NCBI RefSeq assembly: GCF_006345805.1
Contig: NC_043009.1
Coordinates: 4,712,001 to 4,776,000 of the forward strand
Direction: 5' to 3'
Length of the DNA stretch: 64,000 nucleotides
From: Octopus sinensis
Taxonomy: Eukaryota
Part shown: positions 27,941 to 40,825 of the stretch, one piece after another
Numbering within the stretch: the stretch's first letter is position 1
How the letters are laid out: each line of letters starts with the position of its first letter
Program-made: the position numbers and the translations under genes
Notes under the pieces: generated by a model
What the model saw: the letters and a program-made list of their open reading frames with translations, nothing else
Database searches by the model: none
Told to the model about the DNA's origin: nothing

Positions 27941-28212
27941 ACGTGATCCTGACCGACCAACATCAGATGTTGCTACACATCGCTGGTCACAATGCGTTTG
28001 CATTGTTTTAGCCTTCGAACGACGTCACCCCACTGGCTAAGCGAGCAGGCCAACAGAAAAAAGAGAGAAAGAGTGGTGAAAGAGTACAGCAGGGAGTTTC
28101 AACCCCTGCCGGAGCGTCGTGGAGCTTTTAGGTGTTTTCGCTCAATAAACACACACAACGCCTGGTCTGGAAATCGAAACCGTGAACTGCGAGTCCGCTG
28201 CCCTAACCACTG
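27939..28212 (-). mobile_element. Family-E SINE (family-D head with a different 3' module)
   Basis: Minus strand cagtggttagggcagcggactcgc...gagcgaaaacacctaaaagctccacg matches the head of 21084; tail gcattgtgaccagcgatgtgtagcaacatctgatg is unrelated to the D tail. Confidence 0.75.
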
Positions 28213-28387
28213 CTTATATATATAGCCAAATCGAAATATAACAAAACAGCAAACGTCAGAAGGATGTACACATGGAATGTATTAGTTTGACGCGCAGTAT
28301 AAGATGGAAAATAGAGGAACTGTACAACATTTTGAGCATGGCTCTTCGTCAGGAGAGGACAGAGGAAGGGTTTGGTGAAGGAATGTA

Positions 28388-28492
<105 letters not shown>

Positions 28493-29374
28493 GTATATAT
28501 ATATATGTATGTATATATATGTTATATATATATGTATATATATATATATGTGTGTGTGTGTGTATTTGCCTGTCTGTCTATCTATCTATCTATCTATCTA
28601 TCCATCTAATTTTACTGTTGATAAACAGAGTATGCGAGAGTACCGTTACTTAAGACCTGAATCATTTCATAGTAAATAAACAACGACAGATAAAGTACGT
28701 ATACGTATAAAACAGGACGGGAGACATACACTGAGGATCCCTAATTCTTCATCATCAGTTATCAACCAAATGGTAATACTCGGTTTCGCACCTTATATAT
28801 ATATATAATATATATATATATAAATACATTATATATGCATACAACATATATATATATTTACACATTATATACACATACAAGCACACACACATATGAGCGG
28901 CATAAATAATTATAAAATGTAGCTACTCGAATAGTAAGGTAAATGAATAACAGCTTCATTTTATCAGTTAAGATCTAAGAGCAATGTACTTGGAGGTGTT
29001 ACGTGTACTGTAGTGTAATTGACACAATATCAAAGATATGATAACCAGCATAGTACGTACATCGCATAGTATGGGAGGTAACTGCATTTCGCTATCACTT
29101 GACTGACATTACTATCTTAAGCCATAAATTCTCTTTTTGTTATTGGGTAGTACTTATTTCACATTTCGTGTAAGTCAGCTCATGAGAAACAAATCAGGAA
29201 CATTTCTGAGAGTTTGGTCTGATTGAGACAAAATTCCCAGACGAGTTGCCAGTTTTCCTGACATCTAGAAGTACTGGAGTGTGAATAATTAAGACTGGCA
29301 TTGAAATACACAACTACGCATATGTTGTCGATTTGAATTCAATACATATCGGCCGGTAATATTATTCAATGTCA

Positions 29375-29805
29375 AAGCGGCGAGCTGGCAGGAACATTAG
29401 CACCTCGGGCGAAATGCCTAGCGGTATTTCGTCTGTCTTTACGTTCTGAGTTCAAATTCCGCCGAGGTCGTCTTTGCCTTTTATCCTTCGGGATCGATTA
29501 ATTAAGTACCAGTTACGCACTAGGGTCAATATAATCGACTTAATCCGTTTGTCTGGCCTTGTTTGTCCCCTCCATGTTTAGCCCCTTGTGGACAATAAAG
29601 AAATTAGAAACGTTAGAACACCAGGTGAAATGTTTAACGGCATTTCGTCTGTCTATACGTTCTGAGTTCAAATTACGCAGAGGTCGACTTTGCCTTTCAT
29701 CCATTCAGGGGTTGATAGATTAAGTACCAGTTGCGTGATGGGGACGATCTAATCGACTGACGCCCTCCCAAACTTTCGTGCCTTGTACCTAGAGTAGAAA
29801 AGAAT
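29375..29805 (+). mobile_element. Two tandem family-A SINE copies
   Basis: Two gagttcaaat/tttcatcc..gtcgat..aagtaccagtt cores with tail variants 1 and 2. Confidence 0.85.
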
Positions 29806-30083
29806 ATCATCCAATGTCCATATTGTGATTTTGCATCTAGTTTAAACACATTATCATATATAAAATAAAAGCGATGTGTTAGAAAATACTAAGGATTACC
29901 GAACAAATTATTTTACGGTATTACTTTACTCTACTTTCTCTTTGGTATATATTGGAATTCCATTTTGAAATTGTCTTTTTATTTACATTTATGTTTTTAT
30001 TTTTTCTTTATCTAAATCTTTTCCTTAGTGCGGTTAGTTTTTTTTACTTTATATTTTATTGATTCTTAATGTTTTATGTTTTA

Positions 30084-30424
30084 TCTTTTACTTGTTTCAA
30101 TCATTAGACTTCGACCATGCAATTTTTCGTCAAATGAATCGATCCCGATAATTATCTTTTAAAACCTGAAGGTATGTTACTATCGCTCTCTTTGTGCCGA
30201 ACCGCTGAGTTACAGGGATGTAAACACATTAACACCGATTCTCAATCACACACACACACACGCACACACACACACACACACATACACACACACATGCACA
30301 TACATATATACGACAGGCGTCTTTCAGTTTCCGCCTGTCAAACCCACTCACCAGAAAAAGAACTGGAACTGAATCCAGAACCATTTGGGTGGGAAGCAAA
30401 CTTCTTACCACACAGCCACGCAAC
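30084..30424 (-). mobile_element. Family-B SINE, old and internally deleted
   Basis: ttttacttgtttcaatcatt...gccgaaccgctgagttacaggg...accacacagccacg. Confidence 0.75.
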
Positions 30425-30451
30425 TTTCTATAATTAGAAATACATTTAAAT

Positions 30452-30637
30452 TACGGAGATGTACTTGCATAGCAAGTGACCTGATCTGAAAACAATTGCA
30501 ACGTGGAAGGTGTTTATAATCCATTTAAGAAACACACAAACACCAGTAGATTCACTTCAACACTTAAATTTAATTTGCCAAAATATTTTCGTCGCTTTGA
30601 GACTGCGACCTGTTCACTGACAAAATTCCGTGCTGCA
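30452..30637 (+). mobile_element. Unclassified repeat (family F), colinear copy
   Basis: Homology to 9923-10147. Confidence 0.75.
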
Positions 30638-30725
30638 TCATTTAATTTAGTTTCCTGTCAGTTGTCTCGTTAACCAGGTCCTCTTTGTTTGGTTCTGAAT
30701 AGTTTTTGTAGTTTCTCTTTCGATG

Positions 30726-31130
30726 CACGTATTATACATCTTCCTATCTTTGCTTTCGTCCTTTCGGAGTCGAAAAATTAAGTACCAGTTGCGTACCGGG
30801 GTCGATCTAATCGTCTGACCTCCTCCCCCAAAATTTCGGGCCTTGTGTCTAGAGTAGAAAAGAATATTTTAAGGTGGCGAGCTGGCAGAAACGTTAGCAC
30901 ACCGGGCGAAATGTTTAGCAGCATTTCGTCTGTCTTTATGTTCTGAGTTCAAAGTCCGCCGAGTTTGACTTTACCTTTCATCCTTTCGTTACACGTATTA
31001 TACATCTTCATGACTTTGCCTTTCGTCCTTTCAGGGTCGAAAAATTAAGTACCAGTTGCCTACCGGGGTCGATCTAATCGCCTGGCCACCTCACCCAAAA
31101 TTTCGGGCCTTGTGCCTAGAATAGAAAATA
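30726..31130 (+). mobile_element. Family-A SINE pieces in a 266-bp-period local duplication
   Basis: cacgtattatacatcttc plus SINE 3' half at 30726 and 30992; SINE head at 30871. Confidence 0.75.
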
Positions 31131-31631
31131 TTATACGTCGTCCTGACTGTGGCAGGATACGTATATTCTAGCTATACCAGTGTTAAAGCAATATGTGTTG
31201 ATGGCCTTGAGCCAGCTTTTGAAACAATTATGATTATTGCTGTTGTTAATTCTGCTTCTATTGTTACGATTAGTTTTTGTTGTTGTAGTAGTAGCACTAG
31301 TCGATTGTTTTTGTTTTTTCTTTGTTGTTATCTAGTATTACTATTCTTTACCTCTATCGATTTATTAATGCCTTTATTGTTAAAGTTGACCTCAACAATT
31401 TACTCGATTTAAGTCACCCTCCACCACTCTTTTATGTTTCTATTCTTTTTTATTTCACTTTTGAAATGTCTCCAAGGTTTTAAATACGTTGAACCAATGA
31501 ATCAATAACCTACCCACATTCCATCTTTTTCTTCATCATTACCGTTACTATTATTGTTGCTGCTATAGCTATTATTATTGTTGATCTTGTTATTATTACC
31601 ATTACTACTACCACTACTACTTGTAGTAGTT

Positions 31632-31829
31632 AGGTGTCGAGGTGGCAGAATTGTTAAAACACCGGGCAAAATGCTTAGTGGCATTTCATTCGTCTTTACG
31701 TTCTGAGTTCAAATTCAGCCAAGGTCAACTTTGCTTTTCATGGTTTCAGTAACAGTGAAACACGGGGGTCGAAGTAATCGATTACTCCCCTACCCCCAAA
31801 TTTCAGGCCTTGTGCCTTTAGTAGAAAGG
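31632..31829 (+). mobile_element. Family-A SINE copy
   Basis: ggtggcagaattgttaaaacaccgggc...gagttcaaattc...gccttgtgcctttagtagaaagg. Confidence 0.75.
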
Positions 31830-31865
<36 letters not shown>

Positions 31866-32200
31866 GAGATAGTGAGAAAGCAGCACATGCCATCAACGTG
31901 CGCTAGGGTACAAATATATGAAGCCCAATATACCCATCATGACTACCCATCATCACAAACAAATGTACGCGCCATGAAGCCCTCATATCAAGATAACAGC
32001 GCATGACCTTGCAAGTTGAGCTCTGTTACAATTTTCTTCGGGCGGTTGTAGTCCATGTCCCTGAGTTGTTTAACAGAATACCCATGTTTCCTAGGGTGAA
32101 TTATTCAAACCCCACAGAATCCTTCTCAGCGCATGGCTATGATGCTCTCCCAGTACTCCTTCTCGCATCAGTAAAGGTGAAGCAGTTGACAAGCTAATCT
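31866..32200 (+). mobile_element. Unclassified ~550-bp interspersed repeat (family H), deleted copy
   Basis: Homologous to reverse complement of 54616-55162 (cccatcatgactaccc, catgaccttgca, cccatgtttcc, atgatgctc). Confidence 0.75.
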
Positions 32201-32532
32201 GTATCATTTCAATTACGTAATTGTATTTCCTTCAAAGTCTTGGATCCAATTGTTGTAATAATCTGAAGTTATCATCAGCCCCGCAGTCATTTTGAATGGG
32301 TTTACGAGGACTGCCGTACCGAGGATTATTGCAGATAAGTTCCGGAACACCCTGGCCTGGAAGTCTTAACAGGATGGAGTGATTATCTGTTCGAAATTAA
32401 CGCTACTGCTCCCGAAGTGCCGCTAGGTGGTACTGTAAGAGAGGCACATATAGCGTTGTGCGCTTATGTGACGTCTCGTTGTTATTGCTGTTGTTGTTGT
32501 TGTTATTATTATTATCATTATTATTATTATTA

Positions 32533-32578
<46 letters not shown>

Positions 32579-32579
32579 G

Positions 32580-32760
32580 AAGGCGGTCAGCTGGCAGAAT
32601 CTTTAGCTCACTAGACAAAGTGCATAGCCGCATTTCGTTCGCCATTCCATTTTGAGTTCAAATTCCACCGAAATTAACTTTGTATTTTAACGATTCGCGG
32701 TTGATAATCTAATTGGCAATTCAGCCAAAATTTCCGGCTTTGTGTCTTTAGTAGAAAGGA
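32580..32760 (+). mobile_element. Family-A SINE copy (diverged)
   Basis: aaggcggtcagctggcagaatc...gagttcaaattccaccg. Confidence 0.7.
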
Positions 32761-33309
32761 TTTTTGCTATAATTCTTGATTTGAATCATGCTTGTTCTTA
32801 TTCCCGGGAGAACTTATGTGGGTAACTGGTTACAACCAGTAGACCACAAGCTTTATTATTACTGTTGTTGTAGGCGTTGACCTGATGTTTTTAGGCAATG
32901 AATCGGTTGAGAGTCGAACTGTCACCTTCCTCTTATAGGAACATAAGGATTTTTTAACTGGGCTGGGTATTATTGTTATTAGTGTTATGGAGCTATTGAA
33001 GTCTGGCGCTTGTTGTCTTGTTAACATGAATATAATCCGCATAATTTTCCTGTCAATGTCTTCTCCAGTCTTGTCACTAAGCATATTATCAGTCTCACTC
33101 CGATCATTATCCTGATCATGGCTGTGACGACGAAAAAAGGTGATGGTGACGATGACGAGGTTGATGATGCCAAGGATGATGATGATGATGGTGATGGTGA
33201 AAATCACATCGCTGCCGTCGCCACCGCTGCCCTCACCGACGCATCATCATTACTACAACCATCACCATCACCATAATCATACTAGTAATAACCGATCATC
33301 TTGATTATG

Positions 33310-33342
33310 ATCTTGATAATCCTAATCCTAATAATAATGATG

Positions 33343-33391
<49 letters not shown>

Positions 33392-33416
33392 TGATGATGT
33401 GATGATGATGATGATG

Positions 33417-33478
<62 letters not shown>

Positions 33479-33629
33479 AATAATAATAATAATAATAATA
33501 ATGATGATGATGATGATGATGATGATAATAATAATAATGATGATGATGATGATGATAATAATAATAATAATAATAATAATGATGATGATGATGATGATGA
33601 TAATAATAATAATGATGATGATGATGATG

Positions 33630-33668
<39 letters not shown>

Positions 33669-34273
33669 TGGTGCTGCTGCTGTTGCTGAAGATGATAATA
33701 AAGGTCGTTGTCGTTATCATCATCTTCCTTACACCACCTTTAATCACCGTTACGGTAACCGGAATAATCTTCAGCTAAACGTTATCAGAATGTTCTCTAC
33801 TCTACATAATCCACTCCACCAGCACGAATACCAGCATCACTACCGGTGCCACTATCATCATTATCATCATCATCATCATCATTGTAATCGTCATCATCAT
33901 TATTCTCATCATCATCATCGTCATCATCAACATCATCATCACCTTTATCATCGGGAACTGAAGCAAGTATCGAAGTAAAAAAAAAAATCAACTTCATCGC
34001 CTTCATCATTATCCTCCTCCTCCACCTCATCATCATCATCATCATCGTCATCATCGTCATCATCATCATCACTTTTATCGTGATAGCATCAATATCACAT
34101 CCAGTATTCAATCATCGTCAGGAGCCGAAGCAAAAATCGGAGTAACAAAAAAAAAAAAAAAAATAATAATAATTAAGAAACTTAAAAGAAAATCAACATC
34201 GTCACTTTCATCATTATCCTCATCATCATCATCGTCATCATCATCGTCATCATCGTCATCATCATCATCATCG

Positions 34274-34345
<72 letters not shown>

Positions 34346-34346
34346 A

Positions 34347-34380
<34 letters not shown>

Positions 34381-34410
34381 GTCATCGTCATCATCATCAT
34401 CATTACTATT
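33310..34410. repeat. Alternating (AAT)n/(GAT)n blocks followed by (CAT)n arrays
   Basis: Direct inspection. Confidence 0.95.
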
Positions 34411-35064
34411 ATCGTCTTCATCACGTGAAGAACAAGAAGAGCAACAGAAAACAGTTGCAATGAAGAGAAACATCGCTAAATAGTATGTGCGAAAATACGT
34501 CTGGCAGAGGCAGCATCCTATTTTAATCACCACTTTAACTCTCATTAAAATCAACAACACCAAGATTAAAAAACAAAAAAAAATTGTAAACAAAACCAAA
34601 AAAAAAGGACCAAAAAGAAAATTTCATTATTTTGCCAATTCCTCGCAGTCATCCAACCTCGGACTAACAAGAGACACACCCTCTTGACACGCGAATTCTC
34701 GAATCTCTTCTCTGTCGTTCATTATTTCCTTCCCGACATACTGTGTCATTGATCCCTGTTATATACTCCTCAAGGAAATTATGCGTGACTTCCTGTTGTG
34801 TCGAAACGCCTCTTCAACTAACTTCCGGTTTAGACTAAGGTGTCGAATTTCATTACACCTCTCTCTCGTGTTCTATCATTTTTACTCCTTATTTTTGCCT
34901 TCTTTGAATATTCTTCTCTTACGTCTGTCTTCCTCGGCGTCTCCTACTTCCTCTACCCAATGCATTGCACCTTTCTGTTAATTTCTATTGTTTCGTAGAT
35001 TTTTATAAGATGCTGCTGCCTCCTCCTCTTCCTCCTCCTCCTCCTCCTCCTCCTCCTCCTCCTC

Positions 35065-35113
<49 letters not shown>

Positions 35114-35414
35114 TACTACTACTACTAGCACCTTCTTTTTTAAATAATTTTCTATGCTAATTATAAAACAAGTTTCTTTTATATGAAACGAAATTATCTC
35201 CCTTTACATTTACGCTATTTACATTTTTTCGCTTTACATGTTCACGACCGCCATTTATCACATTCACCATTATACATGCACACACAAATGCATAGATACA
35301 GACATGCACATACACACACATACGTACACACACACGTGTGTATATATATATATGTAAATACATATGTCCATATATGTGTATATATGTATGTATGTGTATA
35401 TATATATATATATA

Positions 35415-35621
35415 TTCTTTTATTCTTTTATTTATTTCAGTCATTTGACTGCGGCCATGCTGGAGCACCGCCTTTAGTCAAGCAAATCGACCCCAGGACT
35501 TATTCTTTGTAAGCCTAGTATTTATTCTATCGGTCTCTCTTGCCGAACCGCTAAGTGACGCGGACGTAAACCCACCAGCATCAGTTCTCAAGCGTTGTTG
35601 GGGGGACAAACACAGACACAC

Positions 35622-35668
<47 letters not shown>

Positions 35669-35819
35669 GACAGGCTTCTTTCAGTTTCCGTCCACCAAAT
35701 CTACTCACAAGGCTTTGGTTGGCCCGAGGCTATAGAAGACACTTGTCCAAGATGCCACGCAGTGAGACTAAATCCGGAACCATGTGGTTGGTAAGCAAGC
35801 TACTTACTACACACCCACG
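35415..35819 (-). mobile_element. Full-length family-B SINE
   Basis: Reverse complement of family-B consensus. Confidence 0.9.
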
Positions 35820-37053
35820 TGTAAGTGTGTGTGTGCGTGCGTTTGTATGTATGTATGTATTCATATACATGTATCCCCGGCCGAACAATGTGTTGTGAGT
35901 CAATTAAGTAGAGAGAATCTATGCATAATCCCGTCGTATACATATGTATGTTTGCGTGTTTGCGTTACTCACAGCTTGATAACCGATGTTGTTTTGTTTA
36001 CCGTAAAATGCCGGTTCGGCGAAAGAGTCCGAAAGAGTAAGTAACAGACTTTAAAGAATACGTACGTGTGTCGCTATATATTCTTTCTTTCAATGAAAAC
36101 TCTTCAAGGTGGTGCTAAGCATGGTCGCAGTCTAGTGACTGAAACATGATTTCTTGAACAAGTGACACATGTTTTGAGCAAGATTCTTCATTTTAATTTG
36201 CTGCTATCAATTCAATTGAATTACGAGTACCTGGCTATTTCTCGTGCAGCCCTCAGTTCTACCAGCTTTCACGGCAGTAATGGTTGTAGAGTCACAAAAG
36301 TGCCTGTGTATTCTCACAAATATACATGCGAGAGACATCCATAGATTATTTCTAAGAACTACGTATTCTAATGAGGACATTTAGTTTCAGCCTTTTAGTT
36401 TTACAAGATAGTTGGTATGATATAGCGGGCATATGGCTGCAATATCATGTAGATCGAGTGAACTTGTCAAGGGATTCTCGCCGGCTGATTATGTTACGAT
36501 AGTACGTTTACTCGATGCTCCTCTCATACTCTCCGTCTACTTATGATGTAAGTTCAAGTCTCCCCGAATCTAGTATTAGCTACCATCATTCCGTAGAGGA
36601 CGGAAATATTACCACTTAAGGGAGTTGGATTAGCAGGATTGTTAAAGAATTAGACCGAATATATTGCAATATATTTTCCCGTTTATGTTGGAACTATCGA
36701 ATATATATCGATTATGCCACGCTACTGGAGAAAACCGGTTGCTTTGAATAATGAGACATACTGCAACGGTAATTACGGGTTGTGTAGAGAAAACATTAAC
36801 CTGCGTTGGCTGTCTGTATCGGAGGATTCAAATCGTAGATGAATATATACATGTATGTTCACACACACATGCCCCTAAACTATCTTTCATAGGCATCTAA
36901 TAGTTTTGGTAACGTAATGAACTTTATAGTTTGTATATGTACCCATTGATGTGGATATATATGTATACTCCATTATATATATTTGATTATCTGTAACCTT
37001 ATGTGTATTATATATTATTATTATATATTATTATTATATATATTAATTATATA

Positions 37054-37091
<38 letters not shown>

Positions 37092-37181
37092 TTATATATA
37101 TATATATATATATATCTTGTGTATATGTATTTTGTTTCATATTTATATTTGCATTTTTATTTTTTATAATTGTACTTTATA

Positions 37182-37306
37182 ATCTCTGACGAGGCCTTGA
37201 GATATATATATAAGTAACTCATTTTTAACTGCATATTACCACAATACATCTGACTAATATAGGAAGAATGAGATACCTTATCTACAGGCTGAAACAGCTG
37301 TAAGAT
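37182..37306 (+). ncRNA. Putative type I hammerhead ribozyme (Penelope-type minimal HHR)
   Basis: atct-CTGACGA-ggcct(tg)agata...tatct(ac)aggct-GAAA-C-agct-GTA-agat: intact core, stem I AUCU/AGAU, long stem II, palindromic stem III loop; cleavage predicted after 37302. Confidence 0.65.
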
Positions 37307-37498
37307 CCATTTTATGTGTATTATTTTTATGGTATTATCTTACTTATTGATGTATATAGTTTTATTTTGTTGGATTTGGATGTTCCTACTTATGTAGTTA
37401 ATAAATAAATTGAATTCGTAATATATGTAAGTCGATGATTCAAATGAATCTGTTCCTCCATTTTCTTATTTGTATTATATATATATATATATATATCT

Positions 37499-37833
37499 TC
37501 GGGCCGGCCAAAGCCTTGTGAGTGGATTTCGTAGACGGAAACTGAAAGAAGCGCGTCGTATATATGTATATATATATATACTTATGTGTGTGAGTGTATG
37601 TATGTGTGTGTGTGTTGTGTGTGTATGTGTTTGTGTGTGTGTATGTGTGTCTGTGTTTGTCCCCCCAACATCGCTTGACAACCGATGCTGGTGTGTTTAC
37701 GTCCCCGTAAAATAGACCGATAGAATAAGTACTAGGCTTATAAAGAATAAGTCCTGGTGTCGATTTGCTCGACCAAAGGCAGTGCTCCAGCATGGCCGCA
37801 GTCAACTGACTGAAACAAGTAAAATAATAAAGA
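37499..37833 (+). mobile_element. 5'-truncated family-B SINE
   Basis: cgggccggccaaagccttgtgagtgg...gactgaaacaagtaaaataataaagag. Confidence 0.88.
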
Positions 37834-38157
37834 GTGTATATATACTTCCATATATATAATACATGCATTGATACATACACACAAACTCATACATACACAC
37901 ACGCGCGCGTGTGTATAGATAAACACGCATTTGCATAAATCCCAAGCTTACACACACACACATATATATACATGTTATCACCAGTTATTATTTTATTCCA
38001 GGACAACCAATGCATGCTCCACGAAGTCAGATCTTCTCCAAATCTCCAAGGATCAAGTGGTAACCGCCATAAAAATGACGATAGATTAAATCTAACACCT
38101 CGGAAGGTAGATCGATCGGAGCGGCAAATAACACCGGGATGAATCTAGTTTGAGCCT

Positions 38158-38224
<67 letters not shown>

Positions 38225-39233
38225 TGCGTGTGTGTGTAATGATAGTTGTCTTGTCTCTTACTTTCACTACTGAGTGACCTCATCGCCCTCATTTAACAAT
38301 CTGTTGCTATTCTTAAAGTTGCTTTAAAATAATGAATATAATTCAGATCACATGTTTGCGTGTGTTCGTGCTTGTGCATTTAACCTCAAGAAACAACGTA
38401 CAAAAACTTATATTTATAGGGTTTTGTAGCTGTTGATGTTGCTTACACAATTTTGCACATATATGTTCACCTCTCTGCGTACCTGACACAAGAATAAAAT
38501 ATGTATATATGAATTATATGTTATGTGAGGAGCCTTTCTTAAATTACGTCTTTGATGCTATTTATATTCCGAATATCAACCTCTTTTCCTTGGATTTTTC
38601 TCTCCTTGCTAACATCTAATTTGACATTGTTGTTGTCCAAAAGCAACCCTAAATTAATATGAGGCGTAATATGAAAGCGTTTTTTTGACGAAAAGAATAT
38701 TTTCGTAGATAGTTATTTTGTTTTTACATCTTTCTGAAGAAGATGAACAATTGTACGTCAAATATATATACGGACTGCCATTAATATAATAGTCTTTTTT
38801 CTGTATTTGGGCGTGGTGGTCTGACTGATTTTACGAGTTTTTCCATAGGAATGAATGAAATATGTTATCCTCTGAAATTGTGGTAATTGGACCAAACAGA
38901 AAGTGATGTGATACATAGTCAGATATGGTCTACAGAAAGTTATAGTATAAATACACACACACACACACATGCACATATATACATTCTAAAAATTAACTAC
39001 ATATGGATTGTCGGTGATTGTTTTCCTCTGTGGTCCTTTTCTTTTAGACTTTCCTCTGACTCCTGTTTTTGTAGAAGAGCCTTGCTCGAAACGTTAAACA
39101 CCATTTCTTTCCTTCCCTAAGCGTCTTCTTAATACTTTAAAATGTACCACGTTTTCGCATCGTTGTTTTTCCTTGCCTTTTTGTCTCCGTTTTATACACA
39201 CACATACACACAACACACATATATATACACTTA

Positions 39234-39283
<50 letters not shown>

Positions 39284-39322
39284 TATCTACCTACCAAACT
39301 TACCTACCTATATATATACATA

Positions 39323-39541
39323 TAAGGGTGGGTGTGATGAAACTTTCCTGGCTTTGGGTGCAAGAAAAGAGGAGGATCAGTTAAATATGATTTTATGCAA
39401 CATATTCCCGTCTCAGATTCATGCATTTACTGCAGCAGTCCTTCAGATTTCCTAAGACTTGTAAAAATCTTGAAATGTTGGGCCTCCAGCAAGGCATATC
39501 TCGAGACCCTTAAAGCCAGGAACTTTTCAGCAACCCTTTGT
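39323..39541 (-). mobile_element. Internally deleted mariner (MITE-like)
   Basis: Imperfect ~30-bp TIRs (aaggg...ttcctggcttt) at both ends; internal minus-strand frame LKDCCSKCMNLRREYVA* resembles mariner C-terminus (KC...G.YVE*). Confidence 0.75.
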
Positions 39542-39548
39542 GTGTGTA

Positions 39549-39579
<31 letters not shown>

Positions 39580-39744
39580 GGGACAGTGAGTAGGTTAAAC
39601 GAAAAAGTTCTTACGTTTGTGTTCTATATGTTGATAGAAAGCAGAAGGGTTCAAATATCCTTGTAGAAGATATCGGCTCATTAGGGCAGTTTCCCAAATC
39701 ATGGGGCGTATATCTTTCACCGACATCACTCCGTCCCAGTATTA

Positions 39745-39890
39745 ATCACTTATGTCAACATGTAAAATGAAACATTGTGGAATGAAGTGTTATGTTCAAG
39801 AACAGAACGCATCATCCGGTTGAAGTATCGAAACTAAAATTCTAGCGATCGTAAATGCAACTCCCTAACCAGTAAGCCACGCACCTCCAC
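39745..39890 (-). mobile_element. Diverged family-C-like SINE head
   Basis: Minus strand ggaggtgcgtggcttactggttaggg...tttcgatac...gcgttctgttcttgaacataacacttcatt. Confidence 0.6.
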
Positions 39891-39902
39891 ACACATGTGT
39901 AT

Positions 39903-39951
<49 letters not shown>

Positions 39952-40069
39952 CTATATGTGTGTGTGGTATTTATACTATCTGTCTGTCTCCCTGTCTGTC
40001 TGTCTGTCTGTCTATCTATCCATCCATCCATCCATCTATCTATCTATCCATCCATCCATCCATCCATCC

Positions 40070-40136
<67 letters not shown>

Positions 40137-40747
40137 CATCCATCCATCCATCCACATACTCCGTATACTCTGAAGCGGGTTTGAATTGTGATTTATATTT
40201 TCTATTTAATCATTCGTGGCATCCACCTTCAGATCGACTGTAATCAGTAGCCTTTAACTACGAAAATTTTACCCAGGGTTACGGAGCACCTGACATCAGT
40301 TGTGCATAATTTACAGTTCTCTTTTGTATAGTATATATTATATTTTATAACCCGAGTAAATATTTAGAATGTTCAATACACGCTTATATTCAATATCTAT
40401 TTTTTGTTCGTTTACGTTTGTTGGTGTTATCTAACTTTTTTTTTCTTTTCATTTAAACAACATTCATTTAAGTTCCTTCTTGAAATGTTTTTAGTAACGA
40501 TGTTTTAAAATTGTTTATTTTCTTAAGGGTTGTATATTAAATTATGTAGATCTCGATACACACACGCACACAGGGAAACACAGACAGACCCAGAGACTGA
40601 CATGCACATATATAACTTAATGAAATGCTTTACGGCATATGTGGAATGTTTAAGTATCTCAGCACTTTCAAGTGCAAATACATATATATAGGCATTGACA
40701 CGTATGTGTATGTTTGTATATATGTTTGTGTGTGCTTGAAACTATGC

Positions 40748-40825
<78 letters not shown>

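Noticed and set aside
32830-33207. 125-aa minus-strand ORF with DIDRK motif
   Set aside because: Starts in a microsatellite; similarity to R4/NeSL post-RT motif is too weak to support
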